Source: a virus
Lineage: Duplodnaviria; Caudoviricetes
Reading direction: 5' to 3' (one strand)
Length of the DNA stretch: 54,522 nucleotides
IMG/VR virus record: IMGVR_UViG_3300025000_001274
Location: 1-54,522 of that record
The notes beneath the pieces were generated by a model. That model was not told the DNA's origin and did no database searches. It worked only from the letters and a program-made list of their open reading frames with translations. Position 1 is the first letter of the stretch. Each line of letters begins with the position of its first letter. Shown piece after piece: positions 17,594 through 27,466 of the stretch. The position numbers and the translations under genes were made by a program.

Positions 17594-17749
17594 ATGTTTG
17601 TTTTTGAATTGAATTCAAAAGAACAAGATAATTTATGGATACATAGTGAATGTCCAAAATGTAAAAGCACTATTATTGAAAAGAGTATGAATTGCGATGA
17701 AGCTTACTGGAAATGTTCGAGATGTGATGTTCTCTATATAATTGAATAA
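17594..17749 (+). CDS. Small Zn-ribbon protein, 51 aa (not in ORF track)
   Basis: CPKC..CSRC. Confidence 0.5.
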   Translation: MFVFELNSKEQDNLWIHSECPKCKSTIIEKSMNCDEAYWKCSRCDVLYIIE

Positions 17750-17759
17750 TACGTAAGGA

Positions 17760-17978
17760 GTGAACAAAATGAAATGCATAAAGGAAAATTGTAGAATGCC
17801 ATATATGTCAGGAAATACTGGTTTTTGTCATGAACTAGAAACATTTATATTTGGTGAGAATCCAGAATGTCCTTTACCAGATAAAATATTGCAAATGGAA
17901 AAACAATTGATGGAATATAATTGCATTATGGATAAGGTAATTATTTATCATGCTAAGAATAAAGAAGGAGGAATATAA
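17760..17978 (+). CDS. Hypothetical protein
   Basis: ORF in + strand gene train. Confidence 0.55.
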   Translation: MNKMKCIKENCRMPYMSGNTGFCHELETFIFGENPECPLPDKILQMEKQLMEYNCIMDKVIIYHAKNKEGGI

Positions 17979-18173
17979 ATGAGAGCAGGTAAAAGAGGAA
18001 TTGAATTAGATCCTAACGATTGGTACGATAATTTATATTGGTTTGAGGATGAACCTGAAGTTTTTGAGTTTATGGAAAAGAATGAAGATAAGATTAAAAA
18101 GTATGCAAAAGAATACGGTTTAACAATTAAAGATAGTATTGATATTATGTACAATTTAAGAATTAATAAATAG
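17979..18173 (+). CDS. Hypothetical protein
   Basis: RBS GGAGG, abuts upstream gene. Confidence 0.6.
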   Translation: MRAGKRGIELDPNDWYDNLYWFEDEPEVFEFMEKNEDKIKKYAKEYGLTIKDSIDIMYNLRINK

Positions 18174-18210
18174 AATAAAAATGTATTTGAAAGGAAGGTA
18201 GGAAATTAAT

Positions 18211-18471
18211 TTGTATATGGGCAGAAAAGCAGATTATGCAATGATGGTATTATATATTGTAGGTTCAGATATAAGAAGGGCATTTAGAAAGATATTTGGT
18301 TATTGTGATTATTGTCATAAGTATTTTCTTTATCCTCAAAAAAGACATATGAATACCATGTATGAAAATGAAGAATCTAATTATTGTACTTGTTGTGAAA
18401 GTTGTTTTGACCAAATAGAAGAATATTGGGCAAAACGTTGGAAGGAGTACAACGATAGTAGAGGTTGTTAA
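18211..18471 (+). CDS. Hypothetical Cys-rich protein
   Basis: CDYC..CTCCESC. Confidence 0.6.
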   Translation: MYMGRKADYAMMVLYIVGSDIRRAFRKIFGYCDYCHKYFLYPQKRHMNTMYENEESNYCTCCESCFDQIEEYWAKRWKEYNDSRGC

Positions 18472-18521
18472 TTACAGCAAATCAGGAATTGGTCGGATTA
18501 TGAAAAGGAGCGATTAACTAA

Positions 18522-18809
18522 ATGGAAGATGTTTGTTATAATTGTGCTAATGATTGCCCAGGAGATATTCATTGCAAACCATTCAAATATAAATACTATA
18601 AACGCTATGAGAATGATGTATTAGATCATGAGGCACTAATCAACAAAGAAAAGAAAATTATGATTACTATTGGATACCTTGAACATTTTAGTCAAAGTGA
18701 TATGGAGAAATTCGTTTTCTATTCTTATAAAGAATTTTTCCAATTTTGGAGTCATCATAGCAATCAAGGAATAATTAAATTGTATAGCTACAGTGAAATG
18801 GAGGTATAA
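18522..18809 (+). CDS. Hypothetical protein
   Basis: RBS AAGGAG. Confidence 0.55.
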   Translation: MEDVCYNCANDCPGDIHCKPFKYKYYKRYENDVLDHEALINKEKKIMITIGYLEHFSQSDMEKFVFYSYKEFFQFWSHHSNQGIIKLYSYSEMEV

Positions 18810-18917
18810 ATAATGTCTGGATTAACATCTGAAAAGAAAGCAACTCTTAAATGTCTTATGGGTAGTTGTAAATGTCCAATTAGTCTAAGTTTGTTGTGTA
18901 TGGAGGAGAGATATAAA

Positions 18918-19136
18918 ATGAGTAAACCATTAATTGAACTTATAGTACCTGAGTCTGGAGATTGGGAAGTATTAAGAATGAACTTTGGGGAAGATTTTAA
19001 ATATGAAGGACATTCAATTCCTAATGGAGCATGGATTAAGTTATTAGAAATATTAGGCTATGAAGTTGAAGTAAAATGTATTTCAGACGAAGATATGGAA
19101 TATGGAGATTATAATGTTGAAGGGATTGATGGATAA
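18918..19136 (+). CDS. Hypothetical protein
   Basis: RBS GGAGG before ATG 18918; resembles 36857-37099 (DW..EGHS motif). Confidence 0.55.
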   Translation: MSKPLIELIVPESGDWEVLRMNFGEDFKYEGHSIPNGAWIKLLEILGYEVEVKCISDEDMEYGDYNVEGIDG

Positions 19137-19381
19137 TGATTAGTATAGAAGAATTTGAGACTAATATGGTTTATAGACACTATAAAGGAAATTACTACTA
19201 TGTTATGGACATTGCAGAAAACACAGAAACAAATGAATTAATGGTTGTATATCATGCTTTATATGGTGATTATGAATGCTATGTAAGACCATTTGAAATG
19301 TTTGTAGAAGAATTAGGTGATGTAGAAAAATTATTATATAAACAAGAATATAGATTTGTGCCTATGACTATGAGCAAATAA
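19136..19381 (+). CDS. DUF1653 family protein
   Basis: YRHYKGNYYYV..AENTETNELMVVYHALYGD..YVRPFEMF. Confidence 0.88.
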   Translation: MISIEEFETNMVYRHYKGNYYYVMDIAENTETNELMVVYHALYGDYECYVRPFEMFVEELGDVEKLLYKQEYRFVPMTMSK

Positions 19382-19424
19382 TTTAAATGAAAAGATTCGA
19401 GAGAATCAAGAAAGGAGTTATACT

Positions 19425-19622
19425 ATGACACGAACCATAGATTACGCTAAATGTCCTAAGTGTGGTAAGAAATTTGAAATGGGATTTACTAACTATTGGA
19501 TGTCATCTGGTTTTGGAGAATATTCATTCGATCATACTAGTCATACGTGTGAAGATTGTGGATGTAATTTTAATATGACTGTAAAGAAACAAACTGTATT
19601 TAATACAAAAGTAATCAAATAA
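19425..19622 (+). CDS. Small Zn-ribbon protein
   Basis: CPKC..CEDC. Confidence 0.6.
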   Translation: MTRTIDYAKCPKCGKKFEMGFTNYWMSSGFGEYSFDHTSHTCEDCGCNFNMTVKKQTVFNTKVIK

Positions 19623-19656
19623 ACTTGTGATTTGATACTAAGTGAAAGGAGTACAA

Positions 19657-19863
19657 ATGAGTAAAATCATTTCTAGGAAGAAAACATACAAAAATTTTTG
19701 CAAATATTTACTAATAGAACAATTCGGTAAGACATTTGAAGAGCGTAAGCAAGCATGGCGCAAATGCGAAGAAATAGCACTAAAAGGAAATATAAGTATA
19801 GAGGAATTGTTAGAGTGGAGAAATGGTGAATTAAAAGAAAAGGAATACAATTCATATCATTGA
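19657..19863 (+). CDS. Hypothetical protein
   Basis: RBS AAAGGAG before ATG 19657. Confidence 0.55.
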   Translation: MSKIISRKKTYKNFCKYLLIEQFGKTFEERKQAWRKCEEIALKGNISIEELLEWRNGELKEKEYNSYH

Positions 19864-19881
19864 ATCAATAAATAAAATTAT

Positions 19882-19911
19882 TTGACAAACATATCCCTTT
19901 TGTGTTATTAT
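19882..19911 (+). promoter_or_regulatory. SigA-type promoter for ligase operon, overlapping an inverted repeat (19891-19933)
   Basis: TTGACA-N18-TATTAT with TG extension; arms ATATCCCTTTTGT / ACAAAAGAGATAT. Confidence 0.6.
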
Positions 19912-19951
19912 TAATGTAGTACAAAAGAGATATAAATTTAAGAAAGAAGGA

Positions 19952-22372
19952 ATGGAAATGGAAAAAGTATTGGCAATCGTAGAACAACTTCAAGGGACTA
20001 GTGGTAGGAATGATAAGGAATTTATTCTCAAGCAAAATGAGGGAAATGAACTATTCAAGAAGGTGATGCACTTCATTTATAATCCATACATATTAACAGG
20101 TATATCTAAAAAGAAAATCAGTAAAAAACTAAAACTTCCAAAAGAACCATCTACATCATCAATTATTGAAATAATGGACTATCTTCAATCCCATAATTCT
20201 GGCAGAGATGAAGATATTATATTTGTTCAACATTTTATTAAATCTCAGCCTGTATTACTAAGAGACTTCTATACTAAAATCGTTTCTAAGGATCTCAGCA
20301 TTGGTTTAACAGATGGAACTTTGAATAAGGTATATGGAGACTTCATTCCTGTTTTTGATGTCATGTTAGCCAAGAAATTTGAAGAGCATAGTCACAAAAT
20401 AAAAGGAAATTATATCATAACTGAGAAGTTGGATGGTTGCTTTGAAGGCAATATGAAAGTCAATATGGCAGACGGTTCTTATAAAAAGATAAAAGATGTA
20501 GAGATAGGGGATATGGTGCTATCTTTTAATGAAAATACTAAAATAATTGAAACAAAAAAAGTAATAAATAAATTTAATAATGGCAAAAAATCAATAGACC
20601 AATGGTATAAAATACAATTAAGAGACAATGTTACAAGTAGTAGATATTATAAAAGAGTCATCGCTACTCATAATCATAAAATATTAACAGCAAATGGATG
20701 GAACGCTGTGAAAAATATTAAAAGTGGTGATTATATTTATATTTATGACTATGTGCCATCTTATGAACAACAACAAATTCTTTTAGGAAGTATATTAGCG
20801 GATACAGCTATTAACAAAGATACTAGTGAATCAAAATTTGGGAGATTTCAACTAGGAAGGGCTAAAAAATATCCACATGGAACATTATTCGACAAACAAA
20901 AAGAATTATTTAGCAATTTTATTTTTTGTTCTGGCGAAAGAATGTCAGGATACGGATCAGAAATAAATTACGCAAATATAAATTCGATTCCTAGTCTACC
21001 AAAATATTTCTATAATAATGATAATATAAGAAAATCTTCTTATAAATTAAATAAAGAAATTTTATCTAACTTAGATGCATTAGGATTGGCAATGTTTTAT
21101 TTAGATGATGGTAACAAAAGACCATGTAAAGAAGATGGAGATGAGTATGCTAAAAATGTTGCTCCTAGATGTAGTTTTTCGGTTTATAAATTTCCATATG
21201 AAGAGATAGTTAATTTTCAAAAATATCTTGAAAGAAAGTTTTATATTGAATCTGAAATTAGAAAAGATAAATTTCTAAAAAATGGCGAACAAAGTTATAG
21301 ATTAGATATCAATAAAGATAGCACTAAAATATTCTTTGATTTAATTGCTAAATATATACCTAAAGAAATGAGATATAAATTAGGTACTGAATGGCATAAT
21401 ATAGAAGAATATAAATGGTGGGAGCATAAGGGTAAAAATGAATTATTGCAAGAAGAAGTCTTGAATGTATCAAATTATAAAAGTAATTATATAAAAAATC
21501 TAAATGCTTATGATTTAGAAATAGAAGATAATCATACATACATCATTGAAGATTTTGCAGTTCATAATTGTAGATTAGCAGTAATTAAGGACAATGGAGT
21601 TGTAAAATCATTCACTAGACAAGGAAAACAATATGAGGGCCTTGAAGAAATTGAATCTGATATTGCTAATCTTCCATTTGATAATATAGTTTTCGATGGG
21701 GAATTAATTGCAGACATTCAAGGAAGTACAATTGAAGTTTATGCAGAAACGACTAGTAAGGCTAGAAGCAAAGGAGCAAATAAGACAGGATTGGTATTCC
21801 ATATTTTTGATATGTTAAAACTGAAAGATTTTCAAAGTGGTAAATCACAAGATAATTGCGTCAAGCGTAAGAGTTATTTATCTAGTATTTTTGAGAATAA
21901 TAAATTACCACATTGCAAAGAAGTTAAACCTTTATATATTGGTAGTGATTTAAAAGAAGTAGAAAAATGGATGATTCATGCAAGCGAACAATCATGGGAG
22001 GGTTTAATGGTTAATATGGATAAACCATATATTTGCAAAAGAAGTGATTCTATTCTTAAAGTGAAAACATTTAAGGAGGCAGATGTTCGTTGTTTAGAAG
22101 TAATTGAAGGCACAGGTAAAAATATTGGAAAACTAGGTTCAATTACAATACAGTTTGAGCATAATGATAAATTGTATGAATGTGATTGTGGTTCAGGATT
22201 TACAGATGAAGAAAGAGAATTATATTGGAAAAAATCAGAGTTAATTCTTGAAAAAATAGTTACTATTGGTTATTTTGAAATTAGTAAAAACACAAATGGA
22301 ATATATAGTCTTCGTTTTCCAACTTGGAAATCTAGAATTAGACATGATAAAGATGAAATTAGTATGTATTAA
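19952..22372 (+). CDS. lig: ATP-dependent DNA ligase containing an intein
   Basis: Motif I EKLDG|CR after splicing, FDGEL, FHIFD, EGLMV, LKVK, GSGFTD, SLRFP. Confidence 0.93.
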   Translation: MEMEKVLAIVEQLQGTSGRNDKEFILKQNEGNELFKKVMHFIYNPYILTGISKKKISKKLKLPKEPSTSSIIEIMDYLQSHNSGRDEDIIFVQHFIKSQPVLLRDFYTKIVSKDLSIGLTDGTLNKVYGDFIPVFDVMLAKKFEEHSHKIKGNYIITEKLDGCFEGNMKVNMADGSYKKIKDVEIGDMVLSFNENTKIIETKKVINKFNNGKKSIDQWYKIQLRDNVTSSRYYKRVIATHNHKILTANGWNAVKNIKSGDYIYIYDYVPSYEQQQILLGSILADTAINKDTSESKFGRFQLGRAKKYPHGTLFDKQKELFSNFIFCSGERMSGYGSEINYANINSIPSLPKYFYNNDNIRKSSYKLNKEILSNLDALGLAMFYLDDGNKRPCKEDGDEYAKNVAPRCSFSVYKFPYEEIVNFQKYLERKFYIESEIRKDKFLKNGEQSYRLDINKDSTKIFFDLIAKYIPKEMRYKLGTEWHNIEEYKWWEHKGKNELLQEEVLNVSNYKSNYIKNLNAYDLEIEDNHTYIIEDFAVHNCRLAVIKDNGVVKSFTRQGKQYEGLEEIESDIANLPFDNIVFDGELIADIQGSTIEVYAETTSKARSKGANKTGLVFHIFDMLKLKDFQSGKSQDNCVKRKSYLSSIFENNKLPHCKEVKPLYIGSDLKEVEKWMIHASEQSWEGLMVNMDKPYICKRSDSILKVKTFKEADVRCLEVIEGTGKNIGKLGSITIQFEHNDKLYECDCGSGFTDEERELYWKKSELILEKIVTIGYFEISKNTNGIYSLRFPTWKSRIRHDKDEISMY
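20438..21568 (+). mobile_element. Intein (about 377 aa) with LAGLIDADG homing endonuclease
   Basis: Begins CFEGNMKV, block B ATHNHK, LAGLIDADG-like ILLGSILADT and LAMFYLDDG, ends YDLEIEDNHTY..AVHN followed by Cys. Confidence 0.92.
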
Positions 22373-22389
22373 GAAAGGATTGATAAAAA

Positions 22390-22848
22390 TTGATTAAAAT
22401 AATTGATGGAGATATTTTACAAGCACAAGAAAATATAATAGTACATCAAGTGAACTGTTTATCCGTAATGGGTGGAGGAATTGCAAAACAGATCAGAGAA
22501 AAATATCCTAAAGTATTTAAAGATTATCAAAAATATCTTTCCAATAGTGGATTCCCAATTCAAGCTTTAGGAGAGTGTCAATTTGTAGAAGTAGGTGAGA
22601 ATAAATATGTGGCAAATTTATTCGGTCAATATAAATACGGCAGAGACAAACAACAAACAGATTATAAAGCGTTGGAAGAAGCCTTATTTTCACTTAAAGT
22701 AAATGCAAAAGATCATAATTTATCTGTGGCTATTCCAGTAAATCTAGGCTGTGGTCTTGCAGGTGGATCTTGGGATATAGTTTATAAAATGATTGAAGAA
22801 GTTTTTCACGATTATGATGTTACTTTATATAGATGGGAGGTGAAATAA
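22390..22848 (+). CDS. Macrodomain (ADP-ribose-processing, TARG1/DarG-like) protein
   Basis: IDGDIL..IVHQVNC..MGGGIAKQIREKYP..ANLFGQ..LGCGLAGGSWDIV. Confidence 0.9.
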   Translation: MIKIIDGDILQAQENIIVHQVNCLSVMGGGIAKQIREKYPKVFKDYQKYLSNSGFPIQALGECQFVEVGENKYVANLFGQYKYGRDKQQTDYKALEEALFSLKVNAKDHNLSVAIPVNLGCGLAGGSWDIVYKMIEEVFHDYDVTLYRWEVK

Positions 22849-24083
22849 TGGAAACAAAATATAAATATCTATATCTTGTTAAAGTTGAACCGAATGCAAA
22901 TAATAATAAATTTTACAAACTCGTGCAAACAGATGACAACAATTTCACAGCCGAATATGGTCGTATTGGAGCAGGTGGTTTTCAAACCGCATATTATGAT
23001 ATGAATCAATGGAATAAGAAAGTAAAAGAAAAGGAGAAAAAAGGATATTGTGACAATACCAGATTAGTTGCAGAGGTTGTTGTTAAAGAAAAGAAGAACA
23101 AAGAATACTTGGATATTCCAAATCAAGTAATTGCATCTATTGTATCAAGACTGCAATCTATGGCTCGACAAGCAATTGCAGATAACTATATAATTTCTTC
23201 AAATAAAGTTACTCAAGTAATGATTGATGAAGCACAGTTAACTTTAAATAATTTGATGAATGCAGACACAATTGAATTGTTTAATAAAGTTTTGGTGGAA
23301 TTATTTAAAATTATTCCACGAAAAATGAAAAAAGTTAAAGATAATCTTGCCAAGGATACTAAGGATTTTGGAGATATTATTCAGAAGGAACAAGATTTGC
23401 TTGATGTAATGAGAGGCCAAGTAGTTGCAGAATCTGTAGTGAAAGACGAAGAGGACACTTCTGAAGAACCAATCAATAATCAAACAATATTAGATGTAAT
23501 GGGTTTGCGATTTGAAGAAATTACTCAAGAAGAAAAGGAATTAATAAAGAAAAATCTTGGGTCAATCAGTGATAAGTTCTATCAGGCATGGAAAGTTGTA
23601 AACGTTAAAACTCAAGAAAAATATGATAAATTTGTTAAGGAAAATGATATTAAAGATACTAGATTACTATGGCACGGATCGAGATCAGAAAATTTCTGGA
23701 ATATTATTAATACTGGTTTAGTATTACGTCCAAATGCAATAGTAACAGGTAAATTATACGGATTTGGCATATACTTTGCCCCTCGTGCGGTCAAAAGTTT
23801 AGGTTATACTTCTTTGTCTGGTTCGTATTGGTCAAAAGGAAACTCAACATCAGCGTTTATGGCATTAAATAATGTGGCGTATGGGAAACCTTATGATGTA
23901 TATGATTTTGATAGTAGATATTATAATTTAAATCATGAGAATCTTCAAAAGATGTGTCTAGGAGCACATTCATTACATGCTCACGCAGGAGCAAATTTAG
24001 GTCATACTAACTTAAAGAATGATGAAATAATCGTGTACAAGGAAGATCAATGTACAATTAAATATTTAGTAGAATTGAGGTAA
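22848..24083 (+). CDS. PARP-like ADP-ribosyltransferase (WGR + regulatory + catalytic domains)
   Basis: NNNKFY..YGRIG (WGR); LWHGSR, GKLYGFGIYFA, KSLGY, NDEIIVY with H-Y-E triad. Confidence 0.9.
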   Translation: METKYKYLYLVKVEPNANNNKFYKLVQTDDNNFTAEYGRIGAGGFQTAYYDMNQWNKKVKEKEKKGYCDNTRLVAEVVVKEKKNKEYLDIPNQVIASIVSRLQSMARQAIADNYIISSNKVTQVMIDEAQLTLNNLMNADTIELFNKVLVELFKIIPRKMKKVKDNLAKDTKDFGDIIQKEQDLLDVMRGQVVAESVVKDEEDTSEEPINNQTILDVMGLRFEEITQEEKELIKKNLGSISDKFYQAWKVVNVKTQEKYDKFVKENDIKDTRLLWHGSRSENFWNIINTGLVLRPNAIVTGKLYGFGIYFAPRAVKSLGYTSLSGSYWSKGNSTSAFMALNNVAYGKPYDVYDFDSRYYNLNHENLQKMCLGAHSLHAHAGANLGHTNLKNDEIIVYKEDQCTIKYLVELR

Positions 24084-24087
24084 ACTA

Positions 24088-24944
24088 TTGGATAAAAATA
24101 GATGGAATTATATTCAGTTGGACGATAAAGAAATTTGTGAAAAATATAAAAATGGTCTGAGTATAATCAAACTTGCAAAATATTATGATGTAAGCATAAT
24201 GAAAATAAGATGGGTATTATTTGACAATAATATTAAATTAAGGCCACATGTTATTCAATATAATATTAATCATGATTTCTTTAATGAAATAGACACAGAA
24301 GAAAAAGCGTATATACTAGGGTTATTATATGCTGATGGATCAGTTAGTAATAACAAAAATGCTACTGATAATACAATAACTTTAAGATTACAAATAAGCG
24401 ATATTGAAATACTAGAGAGAATCAATAAAATATTAGAAACAGATAGACCAATCTATATTTACAAAAATAATGGTTATAAAGGAAATAATTATGCAATGTT
24501 AACAATTAAAAGTAAACAAATCAGAGATAATTTAATTCAGAAAGGATGTGGTGTAAACAAAACTTATACGTTGAAATATCCAAATAAAGAAGTTATATCC
24601 GACAAATTACAAAGTCATTTTATTAGAGGATTTTTAGATGGCGATGGTAGTATAAGTTTTGATGGGAAAATGATAGAAGAATGTTAATAAGTTTTTGTGG
24701 TACAAAGGATTTCTTGATTGAATTAGAAAATATACTATGTGATCATTGCAACATTAATAGAACAAAGATTACAGATAGAGGTAACATATTTGTTTTTAAT
24801 AAAGGTGGAAGGTTACAAGTAGAAAAAATATTACAATACATATATAAAGATGCGACAATATATCTTCAAAGGAAATACCAAAAATATCAATTAATTCATA
24901 ATTATAATTTAAATAAAGGACTAGATGACAAAAGAAACAAATAA
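24088..24944 (+). pseudogene. Free-standing LAGLIDADG homing endonuclease split by 1-nt frameshift
   Basis: KAYILGLLYADGSV and FIRGFLDGDGSI; adding one A at GGGAAAAT (24664-24671) joins ORF 24681-24944 (..YKDATIYLQRKY). Confidence 0.8.
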
Positions 24945-24969
24945 ATAAAATATAAAGGGGATTGTAAAT

Positions 24970-25269
24970 ATGAGTAATAATAATGCTGAGATCAAAACAA
25001 TTAAATATTATGGGACTAAACAATATTTTGTAGAAACAGATGCAAGAACAGGAGAAGTTATTAAAGATAGCTCTTTTAAAACGAAAGCAAAGAGTGAACG
25101 TGTTATTCATAATGATATGGCAACTATTGTTATCCTTGATGATGGTTCAAAGGGTGTTTCAAAATGTATGCCAGAAGATGAATATAATAAGATAAAAGGA
25201 ATTAAGATTGCTTATCTAAGAGCAAAAATTAAATCTTTACATAAAGAACTTAAAGTATTAACGAAATAA
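24970..25269 (+). CDS. Hypothetical phage protein
   Basis: ATIVILDDGSKGVSKCMPEDEY..GIKIAYLRA motif seen in phage proteins. Confidence 0.65.
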   Translation: MSNNNAEIKTIKYYGTKQYFVETDARTGEVIKDSSFKTKAKSERVIHNDMATIVILDDGSKGVSKCMPEDEYNKIKGIKIAYLRAKIKSLHKELKVLTK

Positions 25270-25278
25270 GAAAAGTTA

Positions 25279-25344
25279 GAATCCGCAAATCGTTGCTACA
25301 CAAGGGTTCGCGGATTCGATAAATACGTTGAAATATCGATTTCG
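25279..25344 (+). repeat. Composite intergenic site copy 1
   Basis: CAAGGGTT(25301-08)-N20-TGAAA-N6-TTTCG, with hairpin GAATCCGC..GCGGATTC around the upstream element. Confidence 0.75.
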
Positions 25345-25350
25345 AAGGAA

Positions 25351-25551
25351 GTGAAAAATTTGTTAGAAGTTAAATGTAGTTGTGGGAATAAAGCACAAAT
25401 TGAATCTATGGGATATAGAAATGAAGACAATAGTTTAGTTTTAACTTGGGATACAGATACTATGTGGGTTGAATATAGTAATCAAGAAAAAGGATTAAGA
25501 ATCAAATGCCCACAATGTAAATTGGAATATGATATTTTAAGAGTAGTTTGA
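25351..25551 (+). CDS. Small Zn-ribbon protein
   Basis: CSC..CPQC. Confidence 0.55.
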   Translation: MKNLLEVKCSCGNKAQIESMGYRNEDNSLVLTWDTDTMWVEYSNQEKGLRIKCPQCKLEYDILRVV

Positions 25552-25559
25552 GAAGATAA

Positions 25560-25748
25560 ATGACCAATTTTATACAGAGAGGAAGTGTAATATTGAATAC
25601 CAATTGGATGATTGTAAAATGTCCAAAATGTAATTATGAAGGTAATATTGATATTTACGGAGATGAAAAATATTTTAAAATATATACGCAATATTTTGGT
25701 ACTCCTAAAATAAAATGTCCTAAATGCGGACATTCAGAACAGATATAA
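25560..25748 (+). CDS. Small Zn-ribbon protein
   Basis: CPKC..CPKC. Confidence 0.55.
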   Translation: MTNFIQRGSVILNTNWMIVKCPKCNYEGNIDIYGDEKYFKIYTQYFGTPKIKCPKCGHSEQI

Positions 25749-25767
25749 AAAGGGGATAAATAAACAA

Positions 25768-26016
25768 ATGACAAAAACAGAAATCCTACTTTACGGAGCA
25801 TTACTTGAAAGTGATATGTACACTGATGGATATGGATCGACAGATGAGGATACAGAATTATTACAAAAGGTATTAAAGAAAATATACGGTATCACGGAAG
25901 GATGTTCTAGAGATGTCTTAGAAAAAGCAGGAGGACAAATGAAAAGTGATTTAATGAGTTTGGTTATAGAGTTTAGAGGTAAGATGGCAGAATATATGGG
26001 AAAGGATGATGATTAA
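25768..26016 (+). CDS. Hypothetical protein
   Basis: ORF with RBS. Confidence 0.55.
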   Translation: MTKTEILLYGALLESDMYTDGYGSTDEDTELLQKVLKKIYGITEGCSRDVLEKAGGQMKSDLMSLVIEFRGKMAEYMGKDDD

Positions 26017-26389
26017 ATTGAAATTCAAAGAAAATGACAGAGTAAGAATTGCAAATATAAGAGACGAAGATGCAATATATGATATCGAACCAAGTTATTT
26101 AATTGGCAAAACAGGCACAATCATATCTATCGACTATAATCCTTATATTTCAGAAATTGATGGAAATATTGATTGCCCTTATGAGGTTGTATTTGATGAT
26201 CCTAAAGCTCAAAACTCAGGAAACGCTTTTTGGGAAGAAGGCGAATTAGAGTTAATTAGTTCAGATGAAATTCCTTTATATCCATTTAATCTTTCAAATG
26301 ATAGAAATTTATCGGATGCTTTTTATTATTTGAAATCCAAGGGAGTTACACCTGAACTGTATGAAAAGTTATGGGAATTGTGGAAGTAG
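26006..26389 (+). CDS. Hypothetical SH3/KOW-like protein
   Basis: KFKENDRVRI..IGKTGTII..YEVVFD..EGELEL. Confidence 0.55.
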   Translation: MMIKLKFKENDRVRIANIRDEDAIYDIEPSYLIGKTGTIISIDYNPYISEIDGNIDCPYEVVFDDPKAQNSGNAFWEEGELELISSDEIPLYPFNLSNDRNLSDAFYYLKSKGVTPELYEKLWELWK

Positions 26390-26439
26390 ATTAAAAGAAC
26401 TATTTGATGTTATTTAAAATAAAGAAAGAAGGATTACAA

Positions 26440-27378
26440 ATGAAAGTAAAATTGTTCAGTCACAGTGACCTCGATGGAGTTGGTTGTGGAATTATAGGTG
26501 AATTAGCATTTCCACAAATTGATATTGAATACTGTGATTATGATAACGTAAATGAAAAAGTCAAGCAATACATAGAAACAGAAAAGTATAAAAATTATGA
26601 TACAACATTTATTACAGATATTTCGGTTAATGAACAATTAGCAAAATCGATTGATGAAGTATTTACACAAGAACATGAATTTGTATTACTTGATCATCAT
26701 AAAACTGCACTATGGTTAAATGATTATAAATGGGCATGTGTAGCAGAAAATATAAGTGATAATATGAAACACAGTGGAACAGAAATGTTTTACAATAATG
26801 TTCTTACTTTTTATATCAATAAGTTTGATCATACAGATATTTATAATGCTCTTATTGACGCTAGTGATTTTGTAGAAATGGTCAGACGTTATGATACGTG
26901 GGAATTTAAAACTATTTATAATGACAAAAATCCTAAAATGCTTAATGATTTGATGTATTTAAAAGGTAGAGATAGATTTATTGCAGATGCAGTACGTCAA
27001 ATAGAAGAGGTTAATCACTATTCTTTTAGTTGGGATGATTTAGAACTCCTAAAGCAAAACCAAGAAAAGATTGATAATTATATAGAATCAAAAGATAAAT
27101 CAATTATTGTAAAAGAAATTAATGGTTATCAAGTAGGAGTAGTATTTGCCGAAAGATATTCTTCTGAGTTAGGAAATAAGTTATCCGAATTACATCTTGA
27201 ACTAGATTTTATTGCAATTATTAATCCTTCTCATTCAGTTAGCTATAGAACAATTAAAAATAATATTGATTTAGGTGTAATTGCTGGCATATATGGAGGC
27301 GGAGGTCATCCAAAGGCATCTGGAAGCCCAATCGATGATAATATGAGAAATAAAATAATGGATTTGATTTTTGCATAA
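26440..27378 (+). CDS. DHH/DHHA1 phosphoesterase (NrnB-like oligoribonuclease)
   Basis: SHSDLDG, ITDIS, LLDHHKT, GGGGHPKASG. Confidence 0.9.
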   Translation: MKVKLFSHSDLDGVGCGIIGELAFPQIDIEYCDYDNVNEKVKQYIETEKYKNYDTTFITDISVNEQLAKSIDEVFTQEHEFVLLDHHKTALWLNDYKWACVAENISDNMKHSGTEMFYNNVLTFYINKFDHTDIYNALIDASDFVEMVRRYDTWEFKTIYNDKNPKMLNDLMYLKGRDRFIADAVRQIEEVNHYSFSWDDLELLKQNQEKIDNYIESKDKSIIVKEINGYQVGVVFAERYSSELGNKLSELHLELDFIAIINPSHSVSYRTIKNNIDLGVIAGIYGGGGHPKASGSPIDDNMRNKIMDLIFA

Positions 27379-27396
27379 TTTATAAGTCGCTTGTAC

Positions 27397-27445
27397 CAAC
27401 GGTTTGCGAGGATAGTAAATGGCATGAAATCTGACTTTTCTAGGA
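27397..27445 (+). repeat. Composite intergenic site copy 2
   Basis: CAACGGTT-N20-TGAAA-N7-TTTCTAGGA. Confidence 0.7.
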
Positions 27446-27466
27446 TAATGAAAGGAGAATAATCAT

